The translations under genes and the position numbers were made by a program. From a virus (taxonomy: Duplodnaviria; Caudoviricetes), in IMG/VR virus record IMGVR_UViG_3300033550_000005, positions 1 through 59,758 of that record: 59,758 nucleotides of DNA; one strand, 5' to 3'. The stretch's first letter is position 1, and every line of letters starts with the position of its first letter. Shown piece by piece: positions 54,651 to 59,758 of this stretch. A model generated the notes under the pieces. That model saw only the letters and a list, made by a program, of their open reading frames with translations, did no database searches and was not told where the DNA came from.

Positions 54651-54910
54651 TTCCGTCTCCAGCGTACCTGGCCATTGTTACCGGTCGGGATCTTCTCGAT
54701 CTCCTTCTTGCCCTGCATGCGTGCGAGGCAGTCGTACAGCTGCTTCTTCTTGAGCCCGGTGGCCTGCACCAGCTGCTCGGTCGTCGGCCCGTCCTCTGGA
54801 AATAAGCACAAAGCCTCTTGCACCTGCTCGGTGATGAGACCTAGCTTCTCAGCCGCCGGTGTCTTGGGTTTCTTCGGCTTCTCAGCCACTAGATAAAGAT
54901 CTTGCCACAT
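54647..54910 (-). CDS. Winged-helix DNA-binding protein-like
   Basis: PTTEQLVQATGLKKKQLYDCLARM..IEK; ATG at 54910. Confidence 0.55.
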   Translation of the reverse strand: MWQDLYLVAEKPKKPKTPAAEKLGLITEQVQEALCLFPEDGPTTEQLVQATGLKKKQLYDCLARMQGKKEIEKIPTGNNGQVRWRRK

Positions 54911-54911
54911 G

Positions 54912-55289
54912 TTAGAACTCCGAGTCGTGGTCGCAGACCCGTGCAGAGACCACTCGGCCGTCTGTATGGTCCACGGTGTAGGAGATGATGCCCAAGAGCG
55001 CGCCGTGCTTGCGTGAGTCATTCCGTTCGTAGGCATCCTTGTACGAGAGCTCAGGATCTTTCTGATGCACCCACCAACTGCCTGTCGAGTGGATCGACGC
55101 GAAGAAGGTGTTGACCTTGCGCTCCTCATCCACAGGCTTCACGCGGTAGGTGGTGTTGAGATCCCACTTCGGATTATGGTCTGACACCCATTTAGGGATA
55201 CCACCAAACATCGAACACACCTTGCGCTCGATGTCCTTGCCATCCGCCCAGGCCTTGATGATGGCGGCGTGTTTGTGTGGGATTGTCAT
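54912..55289 (-). CDS. Hypothetical protein
   Basis: HKHAAIIKAWADGKDIE..PKW....YRVKP motif common in phage early genes. Confidence 0.6.
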   Translation of the reverse strand: MTIPHKHAAIIKAWADGKDIERKVCSMFGGIPKWVSDHNPKWDLNTTYRVKPVDEERKVNTFFASIHSTGSWWVHQKDPELSYKDAYERNDSRKHGALLGIISYTVDHTDGRVVSARVCDHDSEF

Positions 55290-55834
55290 GCTCTGCTGTC
55301 CACATACATGACGAGGTCCTTGATGTCCTCATTTAACTTGTTGATCTTCGCCGAGAGCTTTATGGGACGGTGGATGATTAAGCTAAGTGTCTCGACCTCC
55401 TTCTCAAGCTTGGCGATCAGTTGGAAGATGTCGTCGTCGGTCATCTGCGCGGCGTTTTGACCTTGGATCATAGTGACGTTTTCGATGTTTGCGTTGCTGA
55501 TGCTCATTTGATTCTCCTTTTGGGATGTGGGTGCTACATTGTCGCCGACTACAACTACGTTGGCGATTTTGCCTGTGAAATGTGGTTCGGTTATATATCG
55601 CCAGTCGCCGCTGGAATCTTGCGTCACGAGCCCGCGCTCCTTCAGTTTCATAAGAACACCCAGGACTGTTCGTTCAAGCTTGGCGCAAATAGAACCAACA
55701 CCGTAACCTTGCGCAAAAAGATTAACCAGCTTCACCAGTTCATCCGTTGTCCACAGCTTTCCGGCGTTTTGGGCGTAGGGTCGTGAAGCGTCGAGCTGCT
55801 TAAATCGCACCGTGGAACAAAATAATTCGGCCAT
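55286..55834 (-). CDS. HTH-containing hypothetical protein
   Basis: NAGKLWTTDE..L..ICAKLERT; GGAGG RBS; possible internal start at MSISN. Confidence 0.55.
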   Translation of the reverse strand: MAELFCSTVRFKQLDASRPYAQNAGKLWTTDELVKLVNLFAQGYGVGSICAKLERTVLGVLMKLKERGLVTQDSSGDWRYITEPHFTGKIANVVVVGDNVAPTSQKENQMSISNANIENVTMIQGQNAAQMTDDDIFQLIAKLEKEVETLSLIIHRPIKLSAKINKLNEDIKDLVMYVDSRA

Positions 55835-56019
55835 CACTCTCCTCCCTCCATTGCCTCGATGTCGCCCTGAGTCAGGAGCGCACCGCAGTTGTTGCACTTG
55901 TACATCCCGTTCGGGGCGTAGCTGCACGAGGTGTGCTCACACTTCTTCGCCGGCTTCGGCTGACGCTTCCAGGCGTAACGCTCGTGGGCGAGCGGATCTT
56001 GTTTGACGGTGTCGTTCAC
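55834..56019 (-). CDS. Small Zn-ribbon protein
   Basis: CEH..C..CNNCG. Confidence 0.45.
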   Translation of the reverse strand: MNDTVKQDPLAHERYAWKRQPKPAKKCEHTSCSYAPNGMYKCNNCGALLTQGDIEAMEGGE

Positions 56020-56375
56020 AGCTGCTCTTCGATCGCGTCGGCGATCTTCTTGAAAGACACGCCACTGTCGTTGTGGCTGGCGAGTGAACCCCATATACCA
56101 TCAATCTTGACAAGTGGCAGCGTGTCTTCAAAGCCAGCCCACTCCTCGACGAACTTCGGAGGCATGTTGGCATTACCGCCATACCTAGTCTTGTTAATCT
56201 GCCCCCGTGCATACTCGGGGTGCTCAAGCGCGTGGAGGTTGCAGAGCACGCCCAGGCAGCAGAATGCATTGTCCGGTGTCCGCAGCTGTCCAGTCGCCTG
56301 CTTGTACTTGCGACTCCTTAGCGCCTTGACCCACTTCGCCTTGACGGCGGGCTTCAGTTTCAGTTCGTCCATCAC
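56016..56375 (-). CDS. Hypothetical protein, paralog 1
   Basis: KWVKALRS..FCCLGVLC..HND..F..IADAIEEQL. Confidence 0.7.
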   Translation of the reverse strand: MMDELKLKPAVKAKWVKALRSRKYKQATGQLRTPDNAFCCLGVLCNLHALEHPEYARGQINKTRYGGNANMPPKFVEEWAGFEDTLPLVKIDGIWGSLASHNDSGVSFKKIADAIEEQL

Positions 56376-56761
56376 AGCTGCTCCTCGATCGCGTCGGCGA
56401 TCTCTTCAAAGGTGCGGCCCCACTTATCGTTGTGCTGCGCAGGTGAACAGACAAGATCCTTGATCTTCAGGTCAATATCAGGCCACACTGACCAACTGAA
56501 GGCCCAACGCGCAACTGAATCAGGAGGTATGCCACTGTGGCCGTCATACATGTGCGCACCGCCACCGCCTTCAAATGGCTGACATCTCGCTGCATAGTCC
56601 GCGTCTTCCTCCTTGTAGATTTCACACAGGACACCCAGACAACAGAAGCCGCGCTCATCCGCAAGTCGCCCTTCTGTCTGTTTGAACTTGCCGCTGCGCA
56701 GCGCCGCGACCCACTTCGCCTTGACCTCAGGCACCAGCTTTGGTTGATCTGTCTCCATCAC
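56372..56761 (-). CDS. Hypothetical protein, paralog 2
   Basis: KWVAALRSG..FCCLGVLC..HND..FEEIADAIEEQL. Confidence 0.7.
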   Translation of the reverse strand: MMETDQPKLVPEVKAKWVAALRSGKFKQTEGRLADERGFCCLGVLCEIYKEEDADYAARCQPFEGGGGAHMYDGHSGIPPDSVARWAFSWSVWPDIDLKIKDLVCSPAQHNDKWGRTFEEIADAIEEQL

Positions 56762-57192
56762 ACGCTCTCCTTGGGTGCGTCAGGCTTACCAGGCAACTTG
56801 TCACCGCGTTCGATGTACGCCATCAGCGCGCTGTGCTCTTGTGCCGCGCCGTGAGGTACGAGCCCAGTGCCGGCAAGACCTGCGATGGCCGTGCCCATGC
56901 TCTTCAGGAGCTCGTACAGCCGCGGCGAGGCCGTGATCACACGCTTGTCCATCTTGGTGGTATCACCATAGAAGTCGCAGATACAATCATCTTCTGCGTC
57001 TCGCACGTCATTGCCATCAGCGTTGTAGCGCCACGGCTGCGGGCTCAGTTGGTTTATCATCTCTTCCTCCTCTACTACCTGGTTTAAACTTCCATAGATG
57101 ACCGTACGCAAACCATCACAGTTGGTGAGGGCCTTCATCATGTCATCAATGATCTTTCGCATACTAGGTGGTACATCGTCACTCACGCCCAT
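56758..57192 (-). CDS. Hypothetical protein
   Basis: SPQPW..ITASPRLYELL motif common in phage early proteins. Confidence 0.55.
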   Translation of the reverse strand: MGVSDDVPPSMRKIIDDMMKALTNCDGLRTVIYGSLNQVVEEEEMINQLSPQPWRYNADGNDVRDAEDDCICDFYGDTTKMDKRVITASPRLYELLKSMGTAIAGLAGTGLVPHGAAQEHSALMAYIERGDKLPGKPDAPKESV

Positions 57193-57461
57193 TTTAACCT
57201 CCGCGCCGCGGCTGAGCTCATGCGCAGGCGCAAACGCCCTGATGACACATAGGTACGGAACGGGGCAGCAAGCCGATAGCCCAGACCACCAGGCCCTGGG
57301 CGCACCTTCGCGCGACGGCTCCGGCGACCGCGCCAGTATGTGTGGCGGATCGTCTCGGCCTTCGCCACGAACTTGGCAAGCACCGAGCGCTTAGGGCGCT
57401 GGCGTGAGCACTTGATGTGGTCATCACCGAATGTGTCTTTGTAGTGGGTGTACATGGTCAC
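57183..57461 (-). CDS. Arg-rich hypothetical protein
   Basis: AAGGAG RBS. Confidence 0.45.
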   Translation of the reverse strand: MTMYTHYKDTFGDDHIKCSRQRPKRSVLAKFVAKAETIRHTYWRGRRSRRAKVRPGPGGLGYRLAAPFRTYVSSGRLRLRMSSAAARRLKWA

Positions 57462-57670
57462 TCCTTAGCAATTCTGCCTTCCGGCACATAACCACCCATC
57501 CCTCGTACCCAGTCCACATCCTTCTGGGTCGCGTTACGGATAAGCGCGACGTTGGCAGTACCCTCACGCTTGAGGATGTTCGCTTCACTATCCGTCGAGA
57601 GCCCACAGCCTCTGCCGGATAGTTCAATGTACTTGATGATGGGTTTCGAGCTCACGGCGCGTCCTTCCAC
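57458..57670 (-). CDS. Hypothetical protein
   Basis: ATQKDVDWVRGMGGYVP; likely GTG start at 57655. Confidence 0.5.
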   Translation of the reverse strand: MEGRAVSSKPIIKYIELSGRGCGLSTDSEANILKREGTANVALIRNATQKDVDWVRGMGGYVPEGRIAKE

Positions 57671-57957
57671 TCTTCAATGAGCCAGTCGATCCAGCGGAGG
57701 CGGGCATCTCGCATAAGTTTGATCCGCTTTTCATGAGAATGTCTGTAGTATTCATAACCGCCGACCTGGAGCACCATCCAAAAATCAAGTGTACTGTTAC
57801 CATTGAGTAACATGTTGATGTGGTTCTTTATCTCGCGAGATGCCTTGAATGTTTGGCGTGTAGAAACGGCGTCCAATGCATAGCAGATGAGCGTGTTCTC
57901 ACCGCTGACGATGCGCGCACGGGCCGCACTCAACACCGTGACATGAACGTTGCTCAC
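57652..57957 (-). CDS. Hypothetical protein
   Basis: ICYAL..RLRWIDWLI; overlap coupling. Confidence 0.55.
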   Translation of the reverse strand: MSNVHVTVLSAARARIVSGENTLICYALDAVSTRQTFKASREIKNHINMLLNGNSTLDFWMVLQVGGYEYYRHSHEKRIKLMRDARLRWIDWLIEEWKDAP

Positions 57958-58364
57958 TCCCCACCTCCCTCACACGCAACACGGACACAGGCGAGCGTCG
58001 CGTCCATCCATGTTGGATAACGCCCGTATGCCGGATGCTCAACACCATCGGTGCCTGAGAGACGCCAACCCAGGCGTTCAAGCTCCTCCACGACCTCGCG
58101 ACGAAACTTGGCGTCCCAAGGCATCTGTGCGTACAACAGATCGCCGTACATGAGGTTCCGGAGCATAGGAGACGTCGACCACTTCACCGTGATCTGACCG
58201 CTACCATCTTGGCTCGGGGCCACTTCGCCCACAGGCGGACACGTCTCACCGTGGACGACGTATTCGTTGATCGCCTTCCTTACCAGTTCGATCGCGTATT
58301 GGTGGTGCGCACTGCTTGGATTTTTCAGAGATGCCAACACGAGTCTCAGGTTCTCGAGGTTCAT
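57954..58364 (-). CDS. Hypothetical protein
   Basis: Overlap coupling. Confidence 0.5.
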   Translation of the reverse strand: MNLENLRLVLASLKNPSSAHHQYAIELVRKAINEYVVHGETCPPVGEVAPSQDGSGQITVKWSTSPMLRNLMYGDLLYAQMPWDAKFRREVVEELERLGWRLSGTDGVEHPAYGRYPTWMDATLACVRVACEGGGE

Positions 58365-58558
58365 AGCAGGTCCACCGCAGCGATGCGCGTACTGCTAGTT
58401 TCATACCGTGTACAGGTCACTGAGTAGCCCTCACTCTCAGGAAATTTGCTGTAGAGGGTGTGTGCAAGCTGTTTTGCCTTACTGGAGTCTTGACAACTCC
58501 GCTCCGCAGTGGCAAACAGGTGTCGTCCACCCAATGAGACATTGAATTCGTAGTACAT
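58361..58558 (-). CDS. Hypothetical protein
   Basis: YEFNVSLGGRHLFATAERS..KFPESEGY; GGAG RBS before ATG 58558. Confidence 0.6.
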   Translation of the reverse strand: MYYEFNVSLGGRHLFATAERSCQDSSKAKQLAHTLYSKFPESEGYSVTCTRYETSSTRIAAVDLL

Positions 58559-58559
58559 A

Positions 58560-58763
58560 TCAACTCCCCTTCTTAACAATGACGAGATCTTCCTCGTTCC
58601 AGTATTGACAACCCCGCAGGTCACGGTCAAGCCTGAGCGCACCTTTAGCAAAATCAGGCATCAAGCACTTGACCTTTGCACGTGTGTTGTTCTCACGCCC
58701 TTCCGGACAGTTAAAGACAACTCCGGCCTTGAGCCTCACAAGGTCTCCGACTTCAATGCTCAC
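58560..58763 (-). CDS. SH3-like small hypothetical protein
   Basis: IEVGDLVRLK..YWNEEDL. Confidence 0.55.
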   Translation of the reverse strand: MSIEVGDLVRLKAGVVFNCPEGRENNTRAKVKCLMPDFAKGALRLDRDLRGCQYWNEEDLVIVKKGS

Positions 58764-59251
58764 GCTGCAGACCCCGCGTAAAGCTTCAATGCCTCATCAA
58801 CCGGCAGCAGGTTCAACACCTTGTCCGCCTTCAACTTCGTCACGAGCGCGGGATCTTTAAGGTAAGCCTGCAGCACGACCTTATCAAATGACTTGGTCTG
58901 CATCACGGCCCCATCTCGGGTGAATAGGATCCGCTTCGCGATCGCGCGCTTGAAGTCCTTCTCCACCAACCACGCAGAGAACAGATCACCGATCAAGGTG
59001 TCTGCGTCTTGCTCGTACTCAATCGGGTTCCCTTCCTTATCATTGAAACCCGCAACAATCTTTGGAAGCGTCTTCGCGTACCCACTCAACGTCTTTTCCA
59101 ACGTATTAGGGTGATATGAGTTACACCCACCGAAGCCCTCGTTGCTCACGGTGCCCGACTTCACGCCATTGATGTAGACGGTTGCGGTGAAACAGTCGGT
59201 CTCTTGCGACGCGAAGGCCGCATGTTGTACGTTCTTAAGCTCAATCTTCAT
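58760..59251 (-). CDS. Hypothetical protein
   Basis: MKIELKNV..SQETDCFTATVYING..NEGFGG; GAGGAG RBS. Confidence 0.65.
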   Translation of the reverse strand: MKIELKNVQHAAFASQETDCFTATVYINGVKSGTVSNEGFGGCNSYHPNTLEKTLSGYAKTLPKIVAGFNDKEGNPIEYEQDADTLIGDLFSAWLVEKDFKRAIAKRILFTRDGAVMQTKSFDKVVLQAYLKDPALVTKLKADKVLNLLPVDEALKLYAGSAA

Positions 59252-59338
59252 GATACACCCCTCCTCTGCCAAAGACCCACCCCGGGCCCTTAGGAGAGGA
59301 GCCTCTCGTGTGAGAGGCCCCGGTTCCACCGACACGCT

Positions 59339-59680
59339 TTAGGCGCTCTTCAGCATCTCGCCTTGTTCACGCAGCTTGTTGGCGTGCCATGCGACGTCCT
59401 TCTCGGTCGCGCGGGAGGTGGGGAAGGTCTTTTTGACGAGCTCGACGATCACGGCATACTTGCCGTAACCACCCGCACGCAGCTTCTCGCGGATGAACTC
59501 GCCGGAACCAACGCGCGGACGCGAACCGGCACCAGACGATGCCTTGGGCAGCACACCGATCACCTTAGCGATGGCAGCTTCCTTGGAACCAGAGAACTTC
59601 TTGATGGGCTTAGCGGCATGCTTGTTGTAGATGCCGGTGAGCTCGACGAGGGACATGGCTTGCAGTTCAGACTTTTTCAT
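59339..59680 (-). CDS. Small basic putative DNA-binding protein
   Basis: AAGGAG RBS; C-terminal domain paralogous to that of 37133..37876. Confidence 0.65.
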   Translation of the reverse strand: MKKSELQAMSLVELTGIYNKHAAKPIKKFSGSKEAAIAKVIGVLPKASSGAGSRPRVGSGEFIREKLRAGGYGKYAVIVELVKKTFPTSRATEKDVAWHANKLREQGEMLKSA

Positions 59681-59758
59681 GGTAAATCTCCTTAACAGGT
59701 TTAGGTGAACACTTGACTTCAGAACTTCACGCTGTTTGATCAGCGCATGAGCCCATTC

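Noticed and set aside
1-59758. Integrase/repressor lysogeny module, reverse transcriptase or diversity-generating retroelement
   Set aside because: No recombinase or RT motifs and no template/variable repeat pair recognised.

Overview
This is most or all of a tailed dsDNA bacteriophage genome. It is podovirus-like (no tape measure or sheath recognised, putative ejection proteins present), and its spanin-type lysis genes imply a Gram-negative host. The + strand arm (~180-30397) carries a tRNA cluster, terminase, portal, a GroES-like co-chaperonin, scaffold, major capsid, tail/fibre, lysis and internal virion genes. The - strand arm (30418-59680) carries many small early ORFs, a pyrimidine-nucleotide cassette (thymidylate-synthase-fold enzyme, dCMP deaminase, kinase-UDG fusion), and replication genes (family A polymerase, SNF2 helicase, nucleases). 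It also carries a membrane module (TAXI-like solute-binding protein plus a PspA-like protein). The most striking locus is a Ro60/TROVE protein and AAA+ ATPase next to a ~700-nt non-coding array. The array holds two circularly permuted tRNA-mimic Y RNAs (YrlA-like), one minimal Y RNA and three further structured hairpin RNAs. A CCA-ending minihelix RNA also precedes the tRNA cluster. No integrase or primase was recognised. All calls come from manual motif reading and hand base-pairing; no searches were run.
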